A DNA stretch of 64,000 nucleotides, taken from assembly GCA_951406725.2 (NCBI GenBank), contig OX597818.1, forward strand, positions 121,706,001-121,770,000, in the 5' to 3' direction. Below the pieces are notes generated by a model, which was not told where the DNA came from, ran no database searches, and saw only the letters and a list, made by a program, of their open reading frames with translations. This stretch comes from Octopus vulgaris. Lineage: Eukaryota. How positions within the stretch are numbered: position 1 is the first letter of the stretch; every line of letters starts with the position of its first letter. Shown piece by piece: positions 43,661 through 59,079 of the stretch. The position numbers and the translations under genes are program-made.

Positions 43661-45442
43661 CTTTTATGTATCAAACGTTGAAACAAAATCATAGATTTAT
43701 TAGGAGATAGATATAATTTGATTGAATTGATCTCGATCGTTGTGTAATATTTATTTGCCTAACGACTAAATGAGTAGTTCATACACTACTTAATCATAAT
43801 AGTGTTTGAACTCAGAACCTAGTAGGACAAAAATAAATGTTGTAAAACACTCATCTATTGATTTCACGACACTGCTTTATTATCACATTTTAAAATATCG
43901 ATTTCAAATAAAGGCATCAAGCCTGAAATTGTTTTGTAGCAAATAGTCGAAGATTTCGGTCACGGTATTTAAGTGTTCCGATGTACGTAAGTTAAAGCTG
44001 ATCTCGTCGGTATTTGGACAGAGAATGTTAAATATCCTAATTAAATACAGGAAGATATTTTGCCAACGATTTCACGACTGTGTCAATCGACCGCCTTTTA
44101 TATAAAATTCTCAAAACAGTTTAACAACGTTGAAGATCTTTTATTTTGTGAAGGGAAATCTATAAGACCTAGTCTATTACTGGTATTTATTTTAAAATGC
44201 AACGATGATGCTTAAAATTTCACTTGCTTAACAGTATCCCAAACCCCAAGCATCACAATCCTATCTACATTCATATTAAATATCAAATAAATAAAGGAAT
44301 AAGAAAAAAATGTTTGCTTTATAGCTGTGAAAGAAAAGTTTGTATTTTGACCAGTAACACTTCTCAGTAGGAAGTGAAAATACCAATGTTATTTTTAGTA
44401 CTTCTGTAACTCAAACTATGAGATATTGCATCTTATCTACTCTATTCTTAGATAGTTTTCATGTTTAACAATTTCCAAATAATTCTAGAAATAGCAAGAT
44501 TATATCGTTTGCTAACCTCAAAGCTACGATGACAGTCAAGCCTCTTGTGACATCGGCTATTATCTATTGTTAAAATAGTTATCAATAGAGGTGCTGTTCA
44601 TTTCAGTAGAACGGTGTATGACTGATTTCTAATATAGGTCAAAGGCGTTTTATTTCGATATGGGGTATAATCGATAATACCGACCCCACTTCTTGACTGA
44701 TACTATGGTCTTATCCTGATATTATATTTTATCAATATCCGGGAGGATAAAATGCAAATTAACACCAGATCGTAAAGAAAATGGTCCAAGTACTACAAGG
44801 CATTGTGACCGGCTGTTTATCATATTTTTCTTGCTAATTCACTGTGCTGACGAATGTTTCATTGGTTTGTGAAACTGAATTCCAGTTCTCACATAGCACA
44901 AAGTACTGAAGTCAAGAGAGAATTAACTACACCACTAAAAACTACAATATGCAACAAGTACTCCTCTATTCTGCACCAATCGTAATATCACTGATATATT
45001 TATTATCATTACAACTAGTCTTAGCACCTTGAGCACAGTCATACGGCGACCATATTTTTAAATGCATAAAATCTGAATAAGAAGGCAACAAGTTACTAAC
45101 CGTTCTTGTGTTTTTTTTAAAATCTGGATCGGCAGTCTTTCCTCGTTTTCCCGGCGGGCTCAGAACATCGAAATGTTTCGTAATTCATTTTTTAGTAATT
45201 GTTAAGTTAGTTAAGTTATTAGTACAAGAATTTAGTTGTCGATAACTTGTTGCAAACCGATTGATTTTACTCAGACAGTCAAGAAAATTTAGCTTGAATA
45301 CTGTTGTACAGTGCATATTGCAAAATTGCAAAACCAAATATTAGTAACGATGATATATATATATATATGTATTATATATAATACACACACATACATGTAT
45401 GTATCGCATATGTATAATATATATATATATATACATATATGT

Positions 45443-45482
<40 letters not shown>

Positions 45483-46564
45483 TACATGCATATTTCTTAA
45501 TTATATGTATGAATATAATTGTATATATACATACAAATATATATATATCTTTATGAATATATTTGTATATATACATGCAGATATATACGTATATATATTT
45601 ATATAGTACCCAGCTAAACTTACATGCGCAGACGCAAACATATACACATATACAACAATATATACGTGTGTGCGTGCGTGTCTGTGTGAGTGTTATTTTT
45701 AGTATGAATTAGTAAACATAACACGTTGTTTAGGTTGAGGTTAGTATAAATTATCTGTTAGCGTATAAAAATTGAAGTTAACAAGCAGGCAGGTGGAAAA
45801 ATGATGTTTCATATATGTTCTCTAAATGTGATTTCATTTGCTATCAAACCCGTACCAAGTTTTTGCGATTAACGAAATTATCTGATTGCACAAGCATACT
45901 CAGTAAAGCTTAGCAAAATTGCTCTAGTTGCCAAGGGGAACTAAAAAGCAATGACGTTCAGGCTCTCAAACGAATTCGTTAACGATATAAGGTGTTATGA
46001 GGAATTCAAAATCAGTAGAATTAGTGCAAGGCAGTAACGATTGCTTTTAGTAATGATGTAATTTGTAATGATGGTAGAAATACGAAAACAGACAAACTTA
46101 GAAAGATATTGCACACAGAGGTCAATAGTTAAATTACTAATATCGTGATTGTAGTAAATTTCATCATGACATAGAGATGATTGCTTTATACACATGCGTG
46201 CATACATACATACTTAAAGACAGACATATATGTTAATATATAAAAAAACAAGAATAAGGCCACCAACAAAAAATGTTTCAAATTTTCACACAAAGCCAGC
46301 AGTTTTGAGGGGACAGAGGGTTAGTCGATTACATATGTGTGGCGATGCAAACAGGAAAAATAGAAATTCAAAATGTGAGTATGTGTATAATTTTATTAAT
46401 CTTTATCAGAAGCAAGAGTGACTCAGGGGCTGAGCGTTTCGCGCATTGGCACTTACCAAATTTGGTAAGTGCCAACGCACGAATCTCTCAGTCTATTGAA
46501 TCACTCTTTTGCTTCTGCTAAAATTCAACACACACACACACACACACACACATACACACACACG

Positions 46565-46640
<76 letters not shown>

Positions 46641-47235
46641 TTCCTTGTTCATTGAAGTTAACTTCACAACACTTCCAATGTTAATGAGCAGGACTTCGAA
46701 TTGTAGGTTATCAAGGAATATAATTATTCCATTAAATTTTGAAATATAATGTAAAAAAGAACCCCCACCAACCAAAAAAGAAAAATAAAAAAAACCCAAA
46801 ACAAAAACAAAACATAGGCAATAAATTTTACTTTCTATTTTCTACTAACTGACTGAATGCTTTCTCTCACTGTGATAGAACGAGTTTGCACATAAACCAA
46901 TCCACAATAAGATAAAATTCGAATAAAAACTTTCTTCTGTGTGCAGAATATGATGGAAATAGCTGTCATTGTTTACCGGCTTTGTCTTTATTAGATGAAG
47001 TGAAATAATAAAGCAAAGAAAAATACGCTCACGCAAGTACACACGCACACAGGAATAATAGATACACGCATTCATAAATATATTAATTCATACATGCAAG
47101 CATACATAGAAAAAAACCATACGTACAGAAGTGTGCAATAGTTGACATGATGGAACGTATTTTTCATATAATTGTCAAAATACTATGACTGAGACAAGGC
47201 ACGGTTTACATGACAATGTACTTATACATACTATT

Positions 47236-47274
<39 letters not shown>

Positions 47275-47716
47275 CATACACACACACACAGCTTATGCTG
47301 TACATGCATTAGCTTATATTACACATATATCGTTAGCACGCCATGTTACTGAAACTTTGTATATCACAATATTTATGAAAAGGCATGCATAGAAAATGCT
47401 ATACATGATGCGTATAATGTATCAGGAAACTCGGAGTCATTGCCGTGAGTAATAACAATACTGTTTTATTATTTACTCTCTAGTTCTGCATACTCAGTAG
47501 TTTTCATTTTCTCTGTGAAATGAAACGCACATTCCTACACACATGAAAAGCAGTGCCTTTCCCAAGTGGCAAACCATCACCCGGTCGGGGTAAATGAACT
47601 TACTAACTTGTGATGATAGTAATTCTAGCAGCTTAACTACTAGGCCGTGTGCAATCATATTATTGCAGTGATTAAAAAACAAAAGACATTCTGTGTATGA
47701 GTTTGTGTGCGTATGC

Positions 47717-47747
<31 letters not shown>

Positions 47748-47757
47748 TGTATGTATG

Positions 47758-47788
<31 letters not shown>

Positions 47789-47971
47789 GTATGTATGTAT
47801 GTATGTATGCATGCATGCATGTATGTACATATTTATATATATATGCACATACATGTTCATTTATGTATATATATATGTAGATATATGGATATATATATAT
47901 ATATAAATATATAAATGTGCATAAATATATAAATATGTATAAATATATAAATATGTAAATATGCATGTATG

Positions 47972-48021
<50 letters not shown>

Positions 48022-48050
48022 CATACATGTATATATATATATATTATATA

Positions 48051-48118
<68 letters not shown>

Positions 48119-48715
48119 TGTATGCAACCATCCATATATTTATGTGTGTGTGTATGAGTGTATGTGAGTGTATGTTAGAAAGAGAGAGAAAGAGAGAGAG
48201 GGAGAGAGAGAGAGAGAGAGATAACCTTAAAAAATCGCTGAGTATGACAGATATATTTCAAACACTTGAAGAACTCCATGATAAGCGAGAAACAAATATA
48301 TATTTATTGTATTCAGCATTTGTTTTAATAATATACATTCATCTATAATGTATATGACAAACATATATTTGTAGTTCTTTGTAATTTTTTCGTTGTAATA
48401 TATATATATACACTCTTCTTGTTTGTATAGAATCTTTTTCATAGCTCGATTGGAAAAAGTCTCTGTTTATTTGTGTCTGTTAGCTGTGTTTGTCTACCTG
48501 TGTCTGTCTCCCTTTTGCTTACCCCGCTGGGTGTGAATACATACATACGTATATACATACATGCAAACATACATGCATACATACATACATACATTCATAC
48601 ATACATACATATATTGTACGTATGCATGTATGCATACAAAGATGCATAAGTACAAATATACTTTCATACATACAAACATATAAATATACTCACACACACA
48701 TGCACACACACACAT

Positions 48716-48747
<32 letters not shown>

Positions 48748-49335
48748 ATACACATATAAACTCACGCATAACGCAGCTAACCGGATGATAAGTATTTTAG
48801 AAGAACAAAGCATTATTTGCCTTACATGCCATGCAGTGTAGTATACAGCCACAACACAACGAACATATTATCATAATTAATGTATATTGTCATACTCCTT
48901 CATACATATAATTAATACAACACGATATCTAACCTAATGAATATATCATTATATATTCATTAGGTTAGATATAATGCATGCCTTAAAGACACACACGATC
49001 ATTCATAAGTAATGTAGATGTATGCACGTTGCAAGGTACAGTGTATATTAGAAAAACAACCTGAAAACCTTATCCTGTAAAGTATATTAGTATGATACAT
49101 GGATATATTAACATATATTACTTTGTAAAGCTGATGTCATATTTTCTTACACACTCAAGCATAGTATTATAACCAGGCCTAAATACATGCATTTATGTCT
49201 ATATGTGAAACTATTTACATATGGTTGCTTAGACATACATGTATATATGTATAGACACACACGCACACATACACACACACACACTCACACACACACACAG
49301 CACATAAATATATATATGAATATATATATAAATAA

Positions 49336-49446
<111 letters not shown>

Positions 49447-49520
49447 TATATAAATATATATATAAATAAATAAATATATATATATAAATATAAATATATA
49501 TCTATATATATATGTATATA

Positions 49521-49556
<36 letters not shown>

Positions 49557-51026
49557 TATGCAACCATATGTAAATATCGTGCAATGGGGTCATGATTATA
49601 ATATATTTATATAAAAATATACAAAATATATAATAATAGAAATTAATAATAGTTCAGTTATTGGGATTTCAATCAATAGATTTGTGGGTATTCCATTCAG
49701 TTAATGCAAAAAGAACATAACGAGTTTTTATTACGGAAAACTCGTGCTATTTATATGCACATCAAGAAATAATACTTGAGGATAAAACCAGTACAATATC
49801 AGGGTATAAAATATACTACCTTAATTAGCCCTTACTTGAGTTAAAATTATAATTAGAAAGGAACTGCACGTGTTTCTGTACTTGAAGATCAGAATATATG
49901 TAATCATCAGATTTATAATTCTACCAACACATCTAGCCACATTGATTAAATTGCGGGTTATATTATTGTTTAAAATTTATTAAATGTGGAACTTTTTAAG
50001 TAGGTGTGTATATTTAAGTGTGTCCCTTTTGGTAGCTATGTATAGGATGTGTCAGTAATTTTTGTTATTTTTGGTTTTTCGTTACTAGTATCCAGGTCCT
50101 TGGATATAACGATCATCAGCAGAATTTCGTATCCGATTATTGAGAATGTCTTCTGAAGATCGATGTGCTCAAATCCGTGATTATCATCGTGAATATGTGA
50201 AACAGAAGCATCTGTAGATACTATACAGACACACACAAGCTACAACAAAAATGGTTAATACACACATACACTCATGTACATAACAGCCTGGCTAAGCCAG
50301 CCACCGGCCATACATCGCACTTACAGCCACTCTCTTCTTCGTAAAAATATACTTCATTCTCCACATTTTTGAGAGCTTTTTTTAGTTAACACTTGTACAT
50401 CGTTGTGTGTTGTGAGCAAAACACACACACTCACACACACACACACGCACACATACATACATACATGAGCTCACACATACACGAACACACAGGCGTGCAC
50501 ACGAGCACATGGACATACATTTATATGTACATATATGAATGTACACACATATAAATATAAACGTAATAAACGTGAGGTTACAAACAAATATTTATACACC
50601 TATACTCATACTCGTTCGTGCATCCCCCACACAGACATATATATATATACGAACATACATGGACACACACAGGCATGCGCACACACATATGCATATACAA
50701 TGTTACGTGTGTAAAACCTTGTCTACGAAGTAAATACTAAAATCTATTTCGAGTCCATAAAATACTCTTTCACTCTAAAACAATTCCAAGTCTTCTAATG
50801 GTGTTTTATATAGCACGATGATTTCATTATCCTCCGATTCCATTATTATGTAGTTCCTATGGTGACTGTAATTCCATCATATTTTTATTCTCTCATTCCA
50901 ATATACCATTATTCCATCAAAATATGAACAGGCCGTTCCCAGACTTCGTAAAGTTATATGACCCTGCCTCATGTAAAAATTGTTTTTCAAACACTTATAT
51001 ATACAACACATATACATGCATGTAAT

Positions 51027-51060
<34 letters not shown>

Positions 51061-51251
51061 TTAAGTTTACATATGTATGTTATATATGTCTACACATGTA
51101 TAATATTCACGCATTCCTATTGGTTTCATCACAGTTTTCGTCTAACCAGTGAGTAGAAAAAGGCTTAGGTCGATGCGAGGTTATGATAAAAACAATTACC
51201 CAATATGCTACGTAAAGGCATTTAATCATAACAAAATACTATATATATATA

Positions 51252-51640
51252 GGCGCAGGAGTCACTGTGTGGTAAGTAGCTTGCTAACCAACCACATGGT
51301 TCCGGGTTCAGTCCCACTGCGTGGCATCTTGGGAAAGTGTCTTCTGCTATAGCCCCGGGCCGACCAAAGCCTTGTGAGTGGATTTGGTAGACGGAAAGAA
51401 GCACGTCGTATATATATGTATATATATATATGTATGTATGTGTGTGTTTGTGTGTCTGTGTTTGTCCCCCTAGCATTGCTTGACAAACGATGCTGGTGTG
51501 TTTACGTCCCCGTAACTTAGCGGTTCGGCAAAAGAGACCGATAGAATAAGTACTGGATTTACAAAGAATAAGTCCCGGGGTCGATTTGCTCCAGCATGGC
51601 CGCAGTCAAATGTCTGAAACAAGTAAAAGAGTAAAAGAGT
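51252..51640 (+). mobile_element. SINE family A, full length
   Basis: ggcgcaggagtcactgtgtggtaagtagcttgc...ggttccgggttcagtccc head, through to gaaacaagtaaaagagtaaaagagta tail. Confidence 0.88.
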
Positions 51641-51819
51641 ATATATGTACGTAACACACCCACACACCCACACACACCCACACGAATATATATATCCGCA
51701 AGTACGCACTCATCTTATTTTGTTATATATTCATGAATACAAACACATTTTCTTCTTTCTTTCTTTCTTTCCTTCCTTCTCTCTCTCTCTGTATATCTGT
51801 ATATGTAGATATACAGATA

Positions 51820-52100
51820 TATGGCTTAGTGATTAGGGTGTTGCACTCGCGATCGCGAGAGCGTGCTTTCAGTTCCTAGAGCGGGTGGTGGTACTTTGTG
51901 TTCTTGAGCAAAACAACTCATCTCACATTGCTCTGCGATCACTTTGACGCGTGCCACGCAGAGCATCTGTTCAGACAATGTCGATCTGATGGAGAGAGTG
52001 ATCAAATGTGCAGCACGAACATTTGATCAATACAAACAAACCATTTGTGCAAGTCGTTCGGCAAAAGCTGAACGCTCATACGTCGTCTTCGACGAAAATA
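51820..52100 (+). mobile_element. tRNA-derived SINE (third family)
   Basis: tggcttagtgattagggtgttgcactc...ttcagttcct head and tgtgttcttgagcaaaacaactc core-like block. Confidence 0.55.
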
Positions 52101-52103
52101 AAA

Positions 52104-52144
<41 letters not shown>

Positions 52145-52148
<4 letters not shown>

Positions 52149-52356
52149 ATGATAGATCGTTACCTCCTACATGAATTTCTTTTCTCTCCTTGTTGCTCTC
52201 CTTGTTTTTTTTCTGTGTATCTTTCTGTCGAAGAGCGTAGGCCCGAAACGTAAAATACTTGTTTTATTTCTATTCCTGAGCGCCATACTAATACATTTGT
52301 TTGTTTGTACTCCACCTGCCTTCGCCTTTTGTTTATTTTCGTAAACTTTCCCGTTA
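52145..52356 (+). mobile_element. Solo pLTR-like element with degenerate hammerhead motif (52217-52258)
   Basis: TTT-CTGTCGA-A-GAGC-gtag-GCCC-GAAA-CGTA-AAA; flanked by (TA)n on both sides; same layout as 32580-32795. Confidence 0.5.
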
Positions 52357-52376
52357 TATATATATATATGTATGTA

Positions 52377-52429
<53 letters not shown>

Positions 52430-52723
52430 ATGTTTGTTTTTATGTTTAGTTCTATAGTTATAATTAAAACAATTTTACAGTAATCTGAGGGGTGACCCTA
52501 TACATTTGTAGAGTACAAGTATATACTTAAACAACTATGGTGTTGATAGTGGCTTCGAAGTTTTGATTAGATAATCCATCATCGGACTGAAATGCATTAG
52601 AATTAATCTTGACTTTATATACCATATATATATATTACATAGTCTATTGACTATTTTTTCTTTCTCACTTGACCGCTGGTAGCGGAGAATTTTTCTAGAA
52701 TTTTTTTGCTACCCTAAAATTTA

Positions 52724-52774
<51 letters not shown>

Positions 52775-53154
52775 GTAATATGACAAACTATATATCTAAC
52801 ATGGATATTATATTTTGTGACAAATGTAGTTACACATACACATGCACACACGATATGCATATATGTGTGATATTTTGTAAGACTCATACAATTACACCCA
52901 ACGTTTCCAACACAGACATACATATAGTGCTCCACCAACATGTCTATCATTTGAGAAAAGATGAAAATTTGTTTTTTGCTGAAATGACATATTTAGTTGT
53001 AAGAAAACTTATATTTTGTTTACGAAAACATATCACAGAAAGTACTGAAGACAACAAATAAGCAACGAAACGTTTAAAAAATTTTTTAAATGCACAAGAA
53101 AATCCAAATGATATTTTGATGTGATCATTTTGACACACCATCGTTTCAAAACTT

Positions 53155-53615
<461 letters not shown>

Positions 53616-54009
53616 ATGCATGTATAGGTGACAGTGTTTTTGCGTGTGTTTTAGTACTCAACATGTATGGATATGCGCCTTTTGTGTGCGTGTACACGTT
53701 TGTATTTACTAATATTTGTTTATCATAGTGCTCATATGCTGTGTGTATGTAAGTATGTTCATTATTTTGTTTTCTTTCCATTACATAGTCAACTGAATTT
53801 GAGGGACAGAACAGATATCGCTTATAAGGCTTTGTAGATACTTGATGTAAACAAAATCGTTGTTGTAGTTGTTGATTGTCGCATTTGATGGTAATATAAG
53901 ATGCAAATTTTTTCTCACAGAAAAAAAAATGTCTTAAAAAATAACATCGGATTCTATGTGCGAAGGTGGATCTCTTATAAGCGTTAAAGCACTAAACAAT
54001 TTTTCCCTT

Positions 54010-54168
54010 GAGTCATAGCTGTGTGGCAAGAGGGTTGCTTTCCAATCACATGGTTCTGGGTTCAGTCCGCTTTGTAACACCTTAGGCATGTATCTTCTAT
54101 TATAGCCTCGGGCCGACCAAAGTCTTTTGAGTGGATTTGGTAGACGGAAACTGAAAGAAGCCCGTCGT
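54010..54168 (+). mobile_element. SINE family A 5' half, cut at its internal (TA)n by the Helitron
   Basis: gctgtgtggcaagag...gtggatttggtagacggaaactgaaagaagcccgtcgtatata, immediately followed by the Helitron 5' end. Confidence 0.75.
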
Positions 54169-54177
54169 ATATATATA

Positions 54178-54841
54178 TCCTTATAAAAAGCAAAGTTTGT
54201 ACGTTGACCGCTGAAAACACTAAATAAAATTGATAATATTTCAGGATTTCCGTGTCAATTAAACTAATTTGACCATTCCGCAGATGACCGTGCACTTATT
54301 TTCCGAAAATGGAATGCGGGGATATGTGTGTGTGTGAGCCATGTTGGTGGTGTATTGGCCCCTATTTCTAGCAAACCATGTACTTTTTATTTCACTATAA
54401 AAGATACTCCACCAATCACTCAATCCACTTCCAACTTTCTCTAAATATATTCATTACACTTATTCCTTTGATGTCGCCGCCAGACCTCTGCTTCCTCTCT
54501 GTCTAAATGTCGCTCTCTATGTCTCTATATCTCACACTATCTCGAAGCAAAAATCCTCACTGGATGTGGTAAGGGAGACATCGTATTTATACCTAGAATA
54601 GCGCTAATACCAGCAGATGTCCCCTTTCCTTTCAAACGATTGCAATTCCCAGTGAGACTCAGTTATGCATTGACCATTAACAAGTCCCAAGGTCAAACAC
54701 TGCAGGTTGTCGGCTGCATCTAGAAGAGTGCTGTTTCTCACATGGTCAATTGTATGTAGGTTGTTCCAGAGTAGGAACCCACAGAAACTCTTCATATATG
54801 CTTCCCCACCCAACAAAGAAAGCTAAAAACATTGTATATAC
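54178..54841 (+). mobile_element. Deleted Helitron with PIF1-like helicase C-terminal fragment (about 54541-54840)
   Basis: Manual translation [58 protein letters not shown] / [21 protein letters not shown]; a TC..TATAAAA 5' end follows (AT)n. Confidence 0.88.
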
Positions 54842-56049
54842 CAGTGCTTTGCAACCTTTTTCATTTGCGGGATACTTATATTGTTTTCAGAATTCGGCGG
54901 CACACCAGAACTAAAAATTTGAAGGTTAGACATATTTTTACTTATCGTTCTCATAAAACGTTGAAGATAAGATCTACAGCTCTCTTTTATAGTCATCGCC
55001 TATGTTTTCAAATTATATTCATTCAAACAGACACTTTTCTTAATACATCAATGCGAGGCACGTTTTTATAATGAGGACATGGATTATTGATAGTGGAGTA
55101 AGTTTACACAGAATTTTTCGCTGTAGTGAAGTCTTTTTACAGGGGCAACGTACAAAACCTTTCCGTGGAGCCCACATCCAGAGATACGCAAGCAACTATT
55201 TTTCCCTAACGCGTTGTTTTTGACCATGACATTTAAAATTCTTGACTGTTATCAAGCTCTAAGAAAGCGCTATTCGGGCGCAAGAATATCTGAAGCTTTA
55301 AAAAAAAGTCATGAAAATCTTCTCATGTGGCAATGTTGTATTCAAGTTGTCTTGTTGGATTCAGTGAAATTTTTACTAGACTAATAATTGAAGCCCAACC
55401 GTCATTAATGCCCTAACGTTTCGACACTGTCACTGGACTCAACATCATTATCGTAGTTATCATCAATACCGTATTTAATTATTATTTACCCAATGTTTAC
55501 ATCTTACATCTTTCTCTTCCGGTACTGTAAATTAACAAAGTGGGCCACCATTCTTTTTTATATTGATTACATTTATTTTTCCTGTTTTATATATGTGTGT
55601 TTACAAGATTATTCTTTCTCCCTTTTCTAGGTCCCCTCCAGTTCAAAGAGATTTTGTGTAGTTGTTTCACCCATTCTCAAGACAAGAGATGGCCCTTTTT
55701 ATTCAATAGTTTGGCCAGAAAAAGAAGGTCAAAGTTCTCGGTCTTTTCTTAAGGTGTCCGTGTTTGGTAGGAGAATAAGTACGAAACATAATTCAGTGGT
55801 TATTGCTGTAGTTGTATGCAGCACATCAATATACTGTTAGCAACTCAGAATCAGTACCTCGAAAACATCTAAAAACCACATTATCGTATTAAATCGAGTA
55901 AATGATCAAATCACTGATGCCAAAATACTTTAAGTATGTCTTAATCATTTAGGTTACTAAGACAACATTCTACGAAATATGGGAGGAGATAGCGAAAATT
56001 TGAATATCAGCGATCTGTTAATTGCTTGTTCTGAATGTCCAACTGTCAA

Positions 56050-56540
56050 TGACACAATGACCATCAGTGTCATAACGTCCACCTGTGCTTTAATGGCTAT
56101 TAATGTCGTAATAGCCGTCTATGTAATAATGTTTATCTGTGCCTTATTGACCATCTGTACTTTATTGTCCATTTATGACAACGACCATTTGCACCAAAGT
56201 GTTTATCTATGCTTTAATGCCTAATGTGCCTTAATGGACATACTCTCCATCTATACCATAATATCCATAGTGCTTTTATATTCATCTATGCCTTAATCTG
56301 TGCAATGTTGTCCACCAATGTCATAATGTCCATCTGTACCTTAATGTCCGCTAATACATAGTATCATTCTGTACGTTAATATCTATCTGTAACATAATGC
56401 CTGTCTTTGCTATAACGTCCGTCTAACCATAATATCCATCTGTGCCATAATTTCCATTTGTGCCATAGTGTTCATCTCTGTGAAAGTGTCCTCGATACCA
56501 TAACACCCATCTGTGCCATAATTTCCATTTTTACCATCTC
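56050..56540. repeat. Degenerate ~18-bp minisatellite (consensus about ATAATGTCCATCTGTGCC)
   Basis: Recurrent taatgtccatctgt / taatatccatctgtgcc / taatttccatttgtgcc units. Confidence 0.7.
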
Positions 56541-57289
56541 AGTATTAACAAGAATAGGATATTTTACGAAAAACAAATTATTATTCATTGAAATAAGCAC
56601 ATATTTTAATGAATTTACATATTCAAACATAAACTATTTCAGTTATTGTTTCACAAAATAAATTCCTCTATTTAAAACAATTCGAATGGATTTATGTTCA
56701 AAATTATAAATAAGAATGTTATTAGCTTATTTAATTCGATTCAATTATGAATAGCTTGAAAATCAAATTATTCTAATATTAAATGAATTGTTCTATAAGA
56801 CGTTCGTGCTTTGCTTCTTTAATGTGTGTTCGACGAGAACGATTTCAGATAGACGAATAATGAACATGCTCCCTATTAAACACACACAAACACACAATCA
56901 CACACCAGCATATGTAAATGTCTTACTGGCGGGAAAATATGTTGCACGCGCATTACAGGATGTGGCCTCCCGCTAGTAAGTACGGCCTATTTTTGAACGT
57001 GTAAGCTCAATTAAGTTGTTATTTCGTTAACCATTGTGGCCCCACTTTCTCTATGCACGAAGACAATATGTGAATTGCTTCTATTAACAAGTAGGTCATT
57101 AAGGAACCGAAAGATCCAGTTTGTGTAAATAGTGCTCTGTTGGAAGCCAGGCCAATTTATTAATCATTGATGCACTAAACACCGCAATTTGCATTACGTA
57201 AATGTCAAGTAGACTCTGTGAAAGCAGTACAAATTTTAAACCGTACTACAGTGTTTAATCGAAGCAGATTAGACAAATATAAACAAATG

Positions 57290-57698
57290 GGCGCAGGAGT
57301 GGCGCAGGAGTGGCTGTGTGGTAAGTAGCTTGCTTACCAACCACATGGTTCCGGGTTCAGTCCCACTGCGTGGCATCTTGGGCAAGTGTCTTCTGCTATA
57401 GCCCCGGGCCGACCAAAGCCTTGTGAGTAGATTTGGTAGACGGAAACTGAAAGAAGCCTGTCGTATATATGTATGTATATATATATGTGTGTGTGTGTTT
57501 GTGTGTCTGTGTTTGTCCCCCTAGCATTGCTTGACAACCGATGCTGGTGTGTTTACGTCAATAGCGGTTCGGCAAAAGAGACCGATAAAATAAGTACTGG
57601 GCTTACAAAGAATAAGTCTCGGGGCCGATTTGCTCGACTAAAGGCGGTGCTCCAGCATGGCCGCAGTCAAATGACTGAAACAAGTAAAAGAGTAAAAA
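57290..57698 (+). mobile_element. SINE family A, full length, with tandem-duplicated 5' 11-mer
   Basis: Starts ggcgcaggagt ggcgcaggagt; body matches the 51252 copy. Confidence 0.88.
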
Positions 57699-57993
57699 TG
57701 TCTTAATATCTTCCTGGGAAGAAAACGTTCCCGGTTCGATTCATGTAGGTGACGTTAATTATCCATGAAAATGTCGAAAAATCGGTATCCGCCACTGCTG
57801 GATGGGACAGGAGGCGAGTTGTCTCGCCTGTCTATGACTTTCAGAAGGTTTTAACACACAGAGTTATGAGAGAATCGTCCCTAAAGCGCTTTACTGCAGC
57901 GAACCAGCAAGCAAGCAAAACACATACATTGAGTATGTGGGGTCGATAATGTTTACAACACTGGCGCTGCGTTTCATTCATGATTATATATAT

Positions 57994-58027
<34 letters not shown>

Positions 58028-58064
58028 ATATGTATACATATGCATATATGTATGTGTATATATT

Positions 58065-58117
<53 letters not shown>

Positions 58118-58196
58118 GAATATATATACATATATAAATATACATATACCTGTACATACATACTCACACACACACACATACATATATATATATATG

Positions 58197-58233
<37 letters not shown>

Positions 58234-58815
58234 GAAAAGAGAAGAGAGAGACCGGTGCATACATAGATACTTAGAAGGAAAGCGAACTCTATAAACATTA
58301 TGCCATGACTTAAAATAAAATACATGCTCATTTCCTGGCACTGCCGATACACCCGAAGAAAAAAACACCAAGACATTCAACTAGCTTCTTTCCCGGAAAT
58401 ATTTAAGTTTTCCACTTTTCGGCAAATCAGTATTGAAAAAAAAAAAATAATAAAAATCTGCTAAAAAAAATATAAATTTAGAGAAGAAATAAGAAACTAA
58501 AAATTCATCAGAATTATAGATACTTTTTTCAAAAAAGGAAAATGTTCATGTATAATTAAACATATGTAAAAATATACTATATATATATATTATTTTCAGA
58601 TATATGCAGTATCTAAATGGCAAAAATTGAGATTCAGCATCGTTTCAAAAGCATTGGTGGGGAAAAAAGATGTCGCTCTAAAATTCGTTGTCTTTATGGA
58701 AACAATATTATCCTTGCGCTGTGTGAGCGTGTGTATGTATATATGTATGTATGCATGTATGCATATACGTATGTATTTTTGCATGCATGTGCATACATGC
58801 GTATATATGTGTATA

Positions 58816-58870
<55 letters not shown>

Positions 58871-59034
58871 GGGTGTGTGTGATTGTGTATAGAAGAATAT
58901 ATTAATAAAAAGAATTCCAACTTTGTCTGATTTTCACGTTTTATTTACAATCTTATAATGATATATTATAAGATAATATATTATAATTGAATAAAATAAA
59001 ATGAAATAGTAGAATGTTAAATATTCATTCTGAT

Positions 59035-59079
59035 TGAACTAGTACTTTCATGCATTGAATTCTGCAATCTTCGGGTTCA
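59035..59079 (-). ncRNA. Mirror copy of the hammerhead motif in left pLTR (sense to the GIY-YIG ORF)
   Basis: Exact reverse complement of 60281-60325. Confidence 0.7.

Noticed and set aside
44890-45190. First or signal-peptide exon of the nuclease gene (MTVLKVLRLVVMIINISVILRLVQ on minus)
   Set aside because: The peptide is hydrophobic and well placed, but I found no convincing phase-1 donor to join exon A; left unassigned.
50036-50212. Possible minus-strand exon after a ctacag acceptor
   Set aside because: All frames stop early and there is no recognisable homology.
51252-51325. tRNA genes at SINE heads
   Set aside because: A/B boxes are present but the sequence continues into a multicopy SINE body without a complete cloverleaf.
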